Positions 12,236 through 26,200 of a DNA stretch of 64,000 nt are shown in pieces. Below the pieces are notes generated by a model that worked only from the letters and a program-made list of their open reading frames with translations, was not told the origin of the DNA and made no database searches. The first letter of the stretch is position 1; every line of letters begins with the position of its first letter. Source of the DNA: Octopus sinensis (taxonomy: Eukaryota); assembly GCF_006345805.1 (NCBI RefSeq), contig NC_043004.1, positions 16,864,001 through 16,928,000 on the forward strand, read 5' to 3'. The position numbers and the translations under genes are program-made.

Positions 12236-13258
12236 ATTGAATGGCCGGAAAGGAATGGGTGAAGAAGAAGTTAATGTCGGTGTAGGTGTAAATGGTGGCG
12301 ACAAAAGGTGAAAATTGGAAGTAGAAGAAAAGTAAAAAGAAAACGAGAAAATGTGGAAGAGTCACGGACAAATTTTTTTATGATTTCCAATCACGATTAC
12401 AGTGGTGTATTCTGGATGAATGGTAACAGCAATCCGTAGGTGTCAAGATCCAGTAATCGGTTATCCAAGTCAAGGGTAGCCCCAAAGTAGGTTTACACTT
12501 ATCACGTAGACATTTTAAATATCTTTTAAAATATTTTATTACATTTAAATTTCTATCTTATAATTAACTAAATTAGCATAGAATAATGGTTTCAGACTGT
12601 TTTATTATTAAGATCTTAACTGTTAATATATGAATGCCAAAGAGAATAACTGTAAACCTACTTTTGGGTCATCCTGTGTGTATACATATATATACATATA
12701 TATATAAATATATATATATCTTTGTGTGTATATTTATACATGTATGCATATATGTATATGTGTGTATGTGTGTGTATGTATATACACGTATGTTGTCCAC
12801 CAATATAAAGATTCGCTGCTTTACAATTTTATAAAGCAGATATTGATACATAACATTATATAGACCCACGCATATACATACGCATATGCCTATTATTTAT
12901 ATTTACATAGATACGTATGTACGTATGTATATATGCTTGCATGCATCTATGTATGTATTATGTATGTATGTACGTGTGTGTGCAAGCATATACATGCAAT
13001 CTCACAAACGACGGATATTCTTTATGAAGCTGTTTCTACAGTTCCAACTTGAAACTTCAAAAGTACTACAATTATGCCATGAATAAATTTGTCATCAGAT
13101 TTCAGCAATACTCCGACGTTAATCCGAGAAACGTTACACTACGAAAAGGGAAAATATTGATAAACAACCTAGGAATAAATTTTCATTTTACTCACTTTGC
13201 AAGGGTATATTAGACAGCACTACCCTGTGAGGATAGAACTATAGAGAAAGAAATTCAG

Positions 13259-13482
13259 TCACAGACTGAAACTGGCCGCCTTGAGAACGGCCGCAAAGTA
13301 TTGGTGGTTAATTATATCGAAGATTTCTGATTGATCCAAATTGATTAGTATCTCGCCCATGCTAGCTTCTTTACCCACCCTGTCTATGGTGTATCGCATG
13401 AGACAGAGATTATTGCGAATAGGTCTACTTGGAATGGCGACTGTTTGTGCATCACCAATCAGTTCCTCGGCGACAAGCAAAA
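13259..13482 (-). pseudogene. L1/Tx1-clade reverse transcriptase fragment
   Basis: ELIGDAQTVAIPSRPIRNNLCLMR..ILINLDQSEIFDIINHQYFAAVL matches the Q..F..GR.I.DN and LDQ.KAFD.V.H motifs. Confidence 0.75.
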
Positions 13483-14383
13483 ATAAGGATGTAAAATTAT
13501 TTGCAGCTACATCTTGAAAACTAAATAACAGACGTAGAAATAAATAAGTTGAAACACCATTGACAAATTAACAATAACCGCTACAAAAGCATTAACGGTC
13601 AACAAAAGCATTTCAATGGGAGTTTGTACATAAAAAGTAGAAGTTTGGTAGATGATTGAAGATGCCAACGCTTCAATAATTACAACAATGTTTCCCACAT
13701 GTTTAAATTAAATGAAAACAGGATTAACGAATACCAGCTGGACACATACGGCGTAATATTGTTTAACAAAACAATTTGGATCGATAACAAGAAAACACAG
13801 CTACCTGAATAAAACGGAATAGAATGAACACATTAGCATTTAAGAATATAAGATAGGCTGATATAATAACAGATCTCATCAAAATACTTGAAACAATTTT
13901 TTGGTGTTCGAAGATTTTTAACCGCATGTTAACAAAATAAAATTCAACAGTGATTAACATTCCCACGTTCGAATCTACCCTAATGAATTAAGAATGAATG
14001 AACAAGCTATTTTTTTGCACTTAAGCTGTTCCCCATACATATGGAAATTTAGTATCAGTTGGTAGATCTCTGTACATATAAGCAAATAATTTCTTTGCTG
14101 AGGTTATAACAAGAGCCAATAATTCTTGTTAAATTCATTAATGTGCTTTTAATTAACGATACACAGCGATAACAAAAGATCGTATTTCCCTGCGTCATCT
14201 TGAGCTAATGGATCGAGTGTGTTATGAACGCACATTCGTCTTAAAAGAGAGGTGGTTCTTCAATGAGAAAATACAGCATCGATTAGCTTATTAATGTCCA
14301 AATCGGACGAGACGTGTTAAGAACAAATATGCAAGTCATTTGATTCTCGCTGTTCAGCATGCATATTACGAATTATTATTAAT

Positions 14384-14593
14384 GCGGCGATCAGGCAGAA
14401 TCGTTAGCACGTCGAATAAGATTCTTAGTGATATTTCATCCGCCTTCACCGTCTGAGTTCAAATTCTGCCGAGGCCGATTTTCTCTTTCATACTTCTGAG
14501 TTGGGTAAAATAATTACCTGTCAAGTGCTGATGTCGATGTAATCGACTTACCGTGCTTGTAAAATCTGCTGGTCATGTGCCAAAATTTGAAAA
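14384..14593 (+). mobile_element. SINE family A monomer with (ATT)n tail
   Basis: Head, central domain and tail, followed by ~130 bp of (ATT)n. Confidence 0.8.
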
Positions 14594-14613
14594 TATTATT
14601 ATTCTTATTATTC

Positions 14614-15167
<554 letters not shown>

Positions 15168-15332
15168 AATATTAACAATAATTATTATCATTGACAAGCA
15201 AATCTGTGGTATTGAGCAGAATATTTGCTGGAGCCCATCTTTTATACCAAGACAAAACAATGTACATGATAACACTTCCAATCGCTTAAGATCAGAAACC
15301 ATGAGAGCCACTGCCTGGTACTGCATCAGGGC

Positions 15333-15399
<67 letters not shown>

Positions 15400-16479
15400 T
15401 GAATACTCTTATGCTTCTCAACTGAACAAAATATAATTTGATGAGGTGCTCTTATCAGGTCAAAACATAACTGTTGCGTTCTCTATTTGAGTTTAAAGAA
15501 TTGAAGCACCACCATCTGTGTATATTATACAACAAAAAATTCTATCGCCAAATTTAATTGGAGTTATCTCTTACATGTTAGCACTAAATTTTGCACATCT
15601 GGGAGATTTGTTTCCTTTACTTATTGCTTAGATAATCTCAGTTTTGATCGAAGTTTTTCAACTCACCATATTAAATATGTAAGGCCCTACGTTATTTATA
15701 CATTTGTTTATGTTTATATTTTATATAAATTACATCACACACATTTAGAAGAGAAAGATGTGAAAGAATATAATAGACGTCTGAGATTATATTTTTAACA
15801 TGAACTGAATGCCAAAAATAAGATGTATGCCACTAGAAAATATTCAAGTTATAAATTATATGTATAATAGATTTTGCTGAAAATATAGTGAATTAGTGCT
15901 GGTGAATAGGAATGAAAAACAGGCCAACTAGAGCTAGAGATTGTATTTAAAATGAACAACGAAAAATCTTACATATATTTTTACACCGAACACAGGAAAA
16001 TAGATTTATTCTGCAATTAGAATAGTATTATCTGAGAGCTTCTGTAGGATTGCAAGAATGTTTGATATAGGCAAATCACTCAGATATTATTAAGAAAAAT
16101 TTTTTTTTTCTGTTAGACATTTCGCGGCAGTCTACTTCCTGTCTCTAAAAGAATTACAGACATTTTCCAAACTAATAAACGCCATAATAATAGATGTATT
16201 AAGAAAGACATAAAAGACACAAGAATACGACCGAGATTCCAGCACTTAAACATACTCAAAACATGGAAAACATAATACTGCTAGTCGATGCATATACGTA
16301 CACATACGTATACATACACACACACAGTTATATATTTGTATGTATGTATGTATGTATGTATGTATGTATGTATGTATGTATGTACGTGTGCTTCTTACGT
16401 AGAAAATGATCAATACGATAATAAAAGATGCGCAGACAGAAATTCATGTAGTTAGAATCTGTTATGCAGTTCAGGCACC

Positions 16480-18230
16480 AGTTACGTAATGCAGCAATGA
16501 TGGTGGTGGTGGTTGTGGTGGTGGGGTGGGAGTGGTGTAGTAGGGGTGGTGTGGTAGTGGTGGTGGTGGTGGTTGTGGAGTGGTGGTGGTGTTGCTTGGG
16601 TGGTGGTGTTGCTGGGGTGGGGTTGTTGCTGGGGTGGCGGTGTTGCTGGGGTGGCGGTGTTGCTGGGGTGGGGGTGTTGCTGGGGTGGTGGTGCTGCTGG
16701 GGTGATGGTGTTGCTGGGGTGGAGGGTGTTGCTGAGGTGGTGGTGTTGCTGGGGTGATGGTGTTACTGGGGTGGTGGTGGTTTTGATTTTAGTGATGGAG
16801 GTGGTAGTGATAGTGGTGGTGGATTGGTGGTAGCGGTGGTGCTGGATTTGATATTGGTGGTGGAGGTAGTGCCGATGATTATTATGATGGTAGTAGTGCG
16901 GTGCGAGGGGAATTGTGGTTATCATCATCATGAAGATGATGGTGAGGGTAATTATATTGTTGATGATGGTGTTGACGATGATGATGATGATGAAGGATGA
17001 TGATGGTGACGGTGGTAATAATGATGATGACGGTAGTGATGGTGACGATGATGATGTTAATGAGAGCTTCGGAGTAGTGGTGATCCTCTCCATAAAGATT
17101 ATGGTAATGGTGATGGTGGTGTATGGTGTTGGTGATGGTGTTGGTACTGGAGATGGTGGTGGTGGTGGTGGTAGCGCTGGTGATGGTGGAGGTGGTAAGG
17201 GATAGTTTTACTGGCGATGATGATGATGATCATGATGATGGTGGTGGTGGTGTTGATGATGATCGTGTCTATGATGACGACGGCAACGAGGATGATGGTG
17301 ATGACGATGACGACAACGACAACTACAACAATAACAACGACGACCACCACCACCACATCCACAACCACTACCACTACCACCGCCGCCAGCATCACCACCA
17401 GACGTGGGAGGAAGATATGGAAGCGCATATGCAGTCAAAGATATAACAGCGAAATTCCTGAGATGTCGTAAAACATAATATCCAAATCTTGTAGGATTAC
17501 CGATGTGGTAATCTCAGCAGCAAAGAAGATTGAAAGGTTTACGAAATATTATGACAGGGAGATAGATATATCACTGATGTGGAATCCACTCGCTAAAACA
17601 GTAACACGGAGATATCGGAAGTAATGGAGCGTTGAGGTGGAGTGGATGCTTGATAGATTGATGCAGCACATCCCAAATATTCATTGTAAACATTCTTTAT
17701 ATGAGCTGCAGAAGATGGATCTGATTTGGACGCGACAATATTCTGCCGAAAATAATATCTATCTTCTCTTTTTTTTTGGGGGGGGGGGGGGTTCTCGTTC
17801 TTTTTTTTTATTTTACATGTTTATAATCACAATCTGGACCATCTTTCAATTATGTACTAATGGCCTCAGATCTGAATATGTCTACAATAACCAGAACACT
17901 GCAACGATAATAGTAACGATGCTGATGATGATGATTATCATGATGATGGTGATGATGATGATGATGATGATGAGGATGATGACAATGACGACGACGACAA
18001 CGGTGGCGAAGACGGCAACGATGATGACGATGACGATGATGACGATGACGATGATGATGATGATCCTAGTGGTGGTGCTAGTGTTGCTGGTGGCAGCGGT
18101 GGCGGTGGCAGCGGTGGTGGTGGTAGTGGTGGTGGTGTTCGTCGTCGTCGTCGTCATCGTTGTCGTCGTGGTGGTGGTCGTGGTCGTCGTTGTGGTGGTT
18201 GTCATGGTGGTGGTGGTTATTTTATTAATG
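16480..18230. repeat. GGT/GAT/GAC low-complexity tract including a 17-18-bp G-rich minisatellite (~16600-16780)
   Basis: About 10 copies of TGTTGCTGGGGTGG-NNN within trinucleotide mosaics. Confidence 0.9.
17490..17765 (+). pseudogene. Highly decayed RLE-domain fragment of an R4/Dong-type element
   Basis: DVVISAAKKIERFTKYYDREIDISLMWN and LMQHIP..YELQKMDLIWT match the C-terminus seen at 22320-22559. Confidence 0.55.
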
Positions 18231-18609
18231 GGTTCAAAGCCATACATTTTCGGAAGGAATATTGTCGACAACTTCGTAAAAACCGTACTAAACTGAAGTA
18301 TGATTCATCACCCACCACAGTAGGCACCGCCGATATTTCAATAACAAACACGCGCATAAATATCGCCAGGTATTTGGTCAATGCTTTGGCGATTCTTCTG
18401 ATAAGACGATCCAATAATAATAACAACAACAACGATAATAACAACCAGGTATCAAATGATGATTAACAACTAATTATCAAAGCTTAAAATGTGCGGAAAG
18501 AGACCCTGTGAGACCTCTGACAGCAAGCTGCTGTCCGCTCTCACAGAATCTACCGGAGGCAAACAGGACCGAGCGCTCTAATGAGTAAAACAACAACAAC
18601 AACAACAAC

Positions 18610-18703
<94 letters not shown>

Positions 18704-18706
<3 letters not shown>

Positions 18707-21706
18707 CACAACACATGTAAACATGCGTGGAACATTACGATCAATCAACACCAGATCATCCCCGACCCCAAACACCATATACAAAGGAACTACGAAGAAA
18801 TTAAATACCACCGATATTATTCAACCCAAGAATAACAATCGGGAGGTACGTATATTAAACTTACAACACAAAATGTACGAAAAACCACACGTGCAAAACA
18901 ACGTGACAACAGAAATGAACGGACTGGTACCCTACGAAAATGACGACCGTCAAAATAATGGGCCGGACGTTGTTCCACATGTCCCGCAAATAAAACCCAA
19001 AAGACATAAATGGACACGTGAGGAATACATTTCTATCCTACACGCATACTTCACAGCAGTGCTCTACCCCAAAAATGAAAACACAACAACACATACATAT
19101 AAAATATGGAAGGAAAATAACATAAATATAGACTTGAATACAGCAATGAACCCTACTAAACTAGCTAACGTACGAAGATACATTCTCAACGCAAAAAAAA
19201 TATATCAGAAATAGAAATAGAACATCTAAAAGAAAAACTAAACCAGGAAAATGTAGATAGAAGCCACACAACAATGCCCAATAATATAAACACTGAAACA
19301 GTAAAACACGAAGACAAATGTAACATTCCCAACAAACACGATGTAAACAAAAAAAACAACAAACCCAGACCGTAAGGATGCATAATAATACACGACAAAC
19401 AACAAGCCAAAACACGGCAAACAAACATATAAATAAGAAAGAAAGCGACACAAATCTAAAACCTGGAAACAACGAAGGGGAGCCTAATGCTTATGATAAT
19501 ATAAAAAGTAAAATAATCAAAGAACTGAAAACCACAGAGCTCAAATTGGACCACCGACCATACCTCACAAAAATCAAAATAGACGAAACAACAACACCAA
19601 TTATAAACAGCATAAACCTAGCTGTCACGGAACTAATAGCCACTGAAACAAAAAGCGATATCACTGAGCTAAATGACTTAGTATATGCAGCAGCCACTGC
19701 AGCCACAAAAGAAGCTGGATACTCACTCAAACCCATCCAAACAGGAGTACTACCACCCAAACAAACTCTGTGGATAAATAACATCCAAAACAAAATACAA
19801 AAAATGAGAAAAAATCAGTCGATTCTTAATGAAATCAGTAGACAATCAACGCTACTGAGCAACAAAAAGAAAACAAAAATACTCCGAAAATATAACATCA
19901 CAGAAAAAGATTTACCTGAGATAAAAGAAAAGCTGAAACAATATATCCTTGCCAAAGCACAAAGGATCTGCCGGTACGAGAAACGCCAGCGCTTCTTTGA
20001 ACAAAACAAAAAGTTCAACTCCAACCCCAAAAAGTTCTACCAAGAACTTGGCAAAAATAAAATAGAAATCACTGCAGCACCAACGGCAGAAGAAGTGGAA
20101 GAATTCTGGAGAGAAATATGATCGGCGAACAAAAAACCAAAAAAAGGAGTATTAAAACAACAAACTCAGCATCTGAGCAACTTTGGACCCCCATAACAAC
20201 TGAAGAGGTCACCCAGGCACTGCAAAGACTAAGCAACTGGAAGGCACCTGGGCATGACAAGATCCCCAACTTCTGGTTGAAATATCTAACAGGAATGCAC
20301 AAAAAGCTGGCTGAAAACTTTAACAACATACTAGCAGAGCCAGAGACAATGCCTGAATGGCTCACGAAGGGGAAAACCATCTTAATTCCCAAATCAAATG
20401 AGACAGCAAAACCAGAAAACTACAGACCAATAACCTGTCTCCCTACACTGTACAAGGCATTTACTGCAGTGATATCGCAAAGGTTGAACAAGCACCTGAA
20501 CGAAAACAAACTGTTTCCAGAAGAGCAGAAAGGATGCCGCAAAGGCTCATATGGCTGTAAAGATCAACTAATGATTAATAAAGCCATAACTGAAGACAGC
20601 CACAGAAAGAAGAAATGCCTCAGTATGGCCTGGATCGACTACAAAAAGGCGTTTGATAGCATCCCCCACACATGGATCCTCGAAACACTAGCCATTAACA
20701 AAGTAGCACCAACAATTATAAATGGCAAACAGTGCTACAGCTCCAAACAAAAGAGGGACTCATGAAAACCAAAGCCATCCCCATTAGAAGAGGAATATTC
20801 CAGGGAGACACGCTCTCTCCACTCCTTTTCTGCTTGGCACTGTCACCTCTATCTGATATGCTAAATAGAACTGGATGCGGATATAAATGTTACGGCAAAA
20901 CGATTAGCCACCTTTTATATATGGATGACCTAAAACTATACGCTGCAAATGACAAACAGCTGGAAACACTATTAAAGACAGTTCATGGATTTACCAAAGA
21001 AATAGATATGAAATTTGGATTAGAAAAATGCGCCAAAGTAACCATGAAAAGAGGAAAACTAGTTAAGAGTAGTAACATCACACTAGATAAAACCAATGAA
21101 ATAAAAGAATTAGACCAAAGCCAAACTTACAAATACTTAGGAATCCATGAACTAGATAAGACACAACACACACAAATGAAAGAGAAAATAAAAAAAGAAT
21201 ATTATAGACGAGTTAGATCAATACTAAAAACAGAGCTCAATGCTAAAAACAAGATAATAGGTATCAACACTTTAACTGTCCCAGTTATAAGTTACAGCTA
21301 CAATATCCTTAACTGGACACTAAATGAACTGACCAAAATAGATAGGAAAACAAGAAAAATAATGACAGGATCTAGGATGCATCACCCAAAATCTGACATA
21401 GAAACACTATATATACAACGTATAGAAGGTGGTAGAGACCTTATACAGCTGGAAAACTACTATAAAATAACTACCAAAGGACTGCAAAAATATCTACTTC
21501 AGAAGGAAGGAAAACCGATACAAATAGCGGCAAAACACGAGCAAAACAAAAAACTGTTCTCAGTATTTAAGGAAGCTGACAATACAAACAAGAAATCATA
21601 CCACCTAATAAATATGAAGAAGAAGAAGAAAGAAGAAGAAGAAGAAGAAGAAGAAGAAGAAGAAGAAGAAGAAGAAGAAGAAGAAGAAGAAGAAGAAGAA
21701 GAAGAA

Positions 21707-21738
<32 letters not shown>

Positions 21739-22656
21739 TAAAGAAATAACAAAAGCTATAAAACAAATGAAATCCAAACTAAAAATAGAACAGCAACGAA
21801 CCATGAAGCGATGGCAAGAAAAGCCCCTTCATGGTAAATAATGGACTAAACTAAACGCAAAAGAAATAGACAAAGAAAAATCCCAGCAATGATTGAGAAG
21901 CTCAGGACTCAAAGCAGAGACAGAGGGATTTTTAATTGCAGCACAAGACCAAAGCCTCCCCACCAGAAATTACCAAAAACATGTAATGAAAAGAGATATA
22001 GCAAGTAACTGCAGAGTATGTGGAGATGGACAAGAAACAATAAATCATATTATCTCTAGCTGCCCAGTCCTGGCTAAGAAGGAATATATTCACAGACATG
22101 GCAGAGTTGGAACCTACATACACTGGAAGCTATGCCAACATTATGGAATAACAACAGAAAAAAGATGGTATAGGCACACACCAGAAAAGGTCACAGAAAA
22201 CGAGAAAGCAACCATACTCTGGGATATGCCGATACACACAGATAGAGAAATTAAGGCCAACAGACCAGATATAGTTGTCAGAGATCATGAAGAAAAAAAT
22301 GCCTTCTAATTGATGTATCAATACCGGCAGTTGACAACGTGTCTCTAAAAGAAATGGAGAAACTTTCAAAATACAAAGACCTGGAAATAGAGGTAACCAG
22401 AATGTGGAATCTAAAAACAGAAACAATTCCTATCATAGTAGGTGCATTAGGCATGATAAAAAATATTCAGACAAAAACATAACAAAAACACCAGGACTTG
22501 CAAACACATATAACATACAGAAAATTGCACTACTAGGCAGAACACTTTCTATACAATAACCATCAGAGCATCACAACAAATCACAGCACATACCTAAGGC
22601 ACACAGAGCTGCGCTCGGTAGTGAAATGAAAGCACGCTATAAAAATAAAACTACTG
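18704..22656 (+). mobile_element. Near-full-length R4/Dong-clade non-LTR retrotransposon (single ORF, frameshifted) inserted in (TAA)n
   Basis: ATG 18723; Myb-like KRHKWTREEY; RT motifs WKAPGHDKI, NYRPITCL, WIDYKKAFDS, GIFQGDTLSP, YMDD (20918-20929); CCHC knuckle 22010-22063; RLE RPD (22262) ..KEMEKLSKYKDL; stop 22557-22559. Several frameshifts, small deletions and internal stops; (AAT)n on both flanks. Confidence 0.95.
21617..21736 (+). repeat. (GAA)n expansion inside the retrotransposon ORF
   Basis: Encodes K5 then E35 in frame. Confidence 0.95.
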
Positions 22657-22686
22657 AATAATAATAATAATGATAATAATAATAAT

Positions 22687-23071
22687 TGTCTCTCTTTTAG
22701 TGTTCCTTTTTTCAGCCATTCCCGCCTATTGTTTCCAGTAACTTTTGTTGTGGATACATGGAATTGATTGTGTAGTTCCTCCTAGCGTAATTCTTCTTCA
22801 TGCCCTTTTTGCCCTTCTTCTTTTGTTTTCCCTCTTTCTCTGCTCTCAATACTCCCTCGTTCCCAAATGTCACTAGGTATCTCATTACACTCTCGAGTTC
22901 GACACGCACGCACTCTTCCACACTAATTAGTCCCCTTCCTCTATTTGCTCGATTCATGTATAGGCGATCAGCATCTCCACGTGGGTAATGAGTTCCATTC
23001 GTCGTTAGGAACTTTTTTGACTTCCTGTCCATTTCATCTAGCTCTTCCTCTGTCCACTTTAGGATTCCACG
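22687..23071 (-). pseudogene. Fragment of a second R4/Dong-type subfamily (post-RT region)
   Basis: GILKWTEEELDEMDRKSKK..HYPRGDADRLY..GRGLISVEECV..EWLKKGTLK. Confidence 0.85.
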
Positions 23072-23148
23072 AGTTTATTACCGAAATTATTATTACAAAA
23101 TGATTATTACAAATTTTGATTATAAATTATTATTACAAAATTTACTAG

Positions 23149-24020
23149 ATGAATAAAATCCAACCAGTAAATACAAGGGTGATAATATTACTTCGATATG
23201 AAGCTGGAATCATACAGTGGGAGAGGATTCATTTGTTGTTAGGATTGAGTCGAAGCAGAAGAAAACAGTTTAGGGTGGTATGTAAAAAATACGGTGAACC
23301 GGTGCTGATACATTTGAAGAAGTCTGGCATTATCGCAAATGATAATTTTGTTAAGGGAAATTTAAAGAAGAAAAAAGAACAAAAAAAAACAAAAAAATGA
23401 CATGGAAAAAGAAAAATGTAGTTTACATGAGATACGAGTTTCAAGACAGATAAAGAAGACTGGTGGTTATGGAGGCGGAAGAATGACCTGACGATATAAA
23501 TGAAAACACTTTTAGTCGCGGCACAAGAACCAGCATTGAGAACAAGCTATGCGAAAGGCAGATTTGATAACTGAGAACGACAAACGCAGAATGTGTGGTG
23601 AAAGGATTGAAACAGTATGACACATTGTTAATGAATGCCAGGAATTGGCACAATGCGAATACGAAAGGCATTGTCGTGTTTTTTGCAAAAATAATCCATT
23701 GGGAACTCTAGAAATTTCGGCCTAGTAAGATCAAAGGCGTGGTATGATCAAATCCCAGAGTACGTTACTGGGATTGAAAATTGCAAAATCCTGTGGGATG
23801 CTCAGAGTAATCATCAGATTAGACATCAGAAATCTGACAGTGTTGTGGGGAATAGAAAAGATAAATCATGTCTGATAATCGACCTAGCATGTCCTGCTGA
23901 CAATAGGATCGAAGAGAAAGAGGGAAAAAAATGAACAGCTATGATGAATTGTTATGGGAAATATGAAGATTGCAGCTTTTATTCCTACGATCTATAGACT
24001 GCGGCATTAGGCAGTGAGTA
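23149..24020 (+). pseudogene. Decayed fragment of a third R4/Dong-type subfamily (post-RT region to RLE)
   Basis: NKIQPVNT..YEAGIIQW, AAQEPALRT, MCGERIETV*HIVNEC, KILWDAQ, CLIIDLACPADNRIEEKE. Confidence 0.85.
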
Positions 24021-25620
24021 AGCGTGTGGTGCATTAACTGCCTCTTCATCTGTTTATCAATCTGAAAGACAAATCAAACGCTTCCATGTCGCCTATTCCG
24101 TTCATGAAAGCACACTTCATGATGGCACACATCCTGTCACAAGTCAGCCAGGGCCCACTTTAAATCCTGTTTCGTTTACGTTTGACATTTGTCTCCCTAT
24201 TAACTACAACAGAGAAGGACGTGAAAGGATGTGCGTAATGGTGGTCGTCATAGAGGTAGTCCTCGTAGTGGTTGTGGTCTAGTGGTTGCAGTGGTCGTTG
24301 TGGTGGTGGACGTGGTGGTCGTGATCGTGGTCGTGGTGGTCATCGTCATCGTCGCCATCGTAATGGTGATGGTAATGACGGTGGTGTTGTGGTGGTGGTA
24401 GTAGTATTAGCTGTGTTGTTTCGTACTCTTTATGCTGCTTATTCCACTCAAATTAATGTTTTCAATATCAATTTATTTTGTATTTTGAATTGTACAACTA
24501 CAAGTGTTTATGCTTGAAGCTCTGTTCGTCTGTTTAATTTTTACATTGTTTCTCCGTCTAATTCTGCTTTCATGTTTGAAAATAATTGGGTATGTGTTTA
24601 CATTGTTGAGACCAATGCCACCAGCACTATGGCCAACCTATTTTCACGCTACTTCTGAACTTGCAATATTTGCAAACTTATATCTCGTTTTCATGCCGAC
24701 GTTCAAACTCATCTAGACGTTCAAATATTACGAAACATTTTGCCGATGCCTAACGTGTTACTAACTTATAAATCACTACTGCCACCATAACTGCTGTTAA
24801 CGTCTAGGTCCTCGGACATGTCATCCGAGTGAAGGAGAATAGCATTTGCCTCTAAATCTATCTCTTTCCTATGTAATACTTCTACTCCACTCCAAAAGGA
24901 TCGGTCGAAAGAATCGTAAACGACATAACTGGACACAAGGTGGGTGATTGTGCGCTACTGGCATTGGCTAGCTTATAGCTATGACTATTCACGTGGGAAC
25001 CGAAGATGCTTAAGAAGCACTGCTTAAAAACCGTCAATAGGTCATGTGCATTTATACAGCCTATTCTTATAAAGGTTTGTTAGAAAGAAAAAAACTAAAC
25101 AAAAATATGCCCTTGAGGCAATCATTTTCAGGACTGATGTACTTCTCACCAGATGTCTCCCGTTTGATACGTTTATGACAGAGAACACTTCAAATTAATC
25201 GTCTTAAATATTTCGTCCGTGTCTATTTCTACAAACGCTGCCAACTCCTTGTTCCTTTTTCTAGTATGGCATATTTGAGGAATTTATCAGTGCAATACTG
25301 TTCCCATGGTTGTAGACCTTGCACAATTTATACCTGCTATTCCAGTAGCTGTTGCTGTGTCATTTCGTGCTCTTTTTGTTGTTTATCTGCTTAGACACCC
25401 ACGTATATGTCTGTATGCATGTGCGTGTGTGCTTATGTGTGTGTATGTGTGTATGTACGTATCAAGACATAAGACTGTAAAACATTTCGGTATTATTTAT
25501 CCAGCATTACATTTACTAGTAGGAGGTAGAAAAGTATATGTAGGGAAACGTGTAAGACTTGTATTAGAAATTAATCATACAGAAAATCAAATATTATTTG
25601 ATTCTCTGTCTTGAATAAGT

Positions 25621-25725
25621 CTTGGGCAAGTGTCTTCTACTATAGTCTCGGGCCGACCAAAGCCTTGTGAGTGGATTTGGAAGACGGAAACTGAAAGATG
25701 CCCGTCGTATATATGTATATATGTG

Positions 25726-25770
<45 letters not shown>

Positions 25771-26004
25771 GTGTGTAGGTGTGTATGTGTGTATATGTTT
25801 GTGTGTGTGTGTTTGTCCTCTTAACATTGCTTGACAACCGATGCTGGTGTCTATACGTCCCCATAACTTAGCGGTTCGGCAAAAGAGACCGATAGAATAA
25901 GTACTAAGCTTACAAAGGATAAGTCCTGGGGTCGATTTGCTCGACAAAAGGCGGTGCTCCAGCATGCCCACAGTCAAATGACTGAAACAAGTAAAAGAGT
26001 AAAA
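25621..26004 (+). mobile_element. tRNA-derived SINE family B, 5'-truncated
   Basis: CTTGGGCAAGTGTCTTCTACTATAG body, internal (TA)/(TG) microsatellite, tail GTCAAATGACTGAAACAAG. Resembles the octopus OK/OR-type SINEs; exact family not verified. Confidence 0.85.
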
Positions 26005-26200
26005 TATGTCTTACATGTTTCTCCTACATGTACAATTTCTGTACCTCCTACTACCATATGACACATATGTAATGGTGAATAAATAATACGATATATTTTT
26101 TTGCCAGTTTCCTGGTTTGATATCTAATTACTCTGCAAAATATCTTTTCCAGTATTTTTCAACTCTTATGCATACCTCACACAAATATGACATCTACATA

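Noticed and set aside
13507-13966. Two hydrophobic minus-strand ORFs suggesting a membrane protein
   Set aside because: No family motif or exon structure; hydrophobic bias is expected from T-rich sequence.
16482-18296. Long His/Thr/Val-rich ORFs
   Set aside because: Open in several frames on both strands because of trinucleotide low complexity.
22687-24020. Twin-priming inversion of one element
   Set aside because: The two oppositely oriented fragments overlap in protein coordinates and differ strongly in sequence, so they are separate subfamilies.
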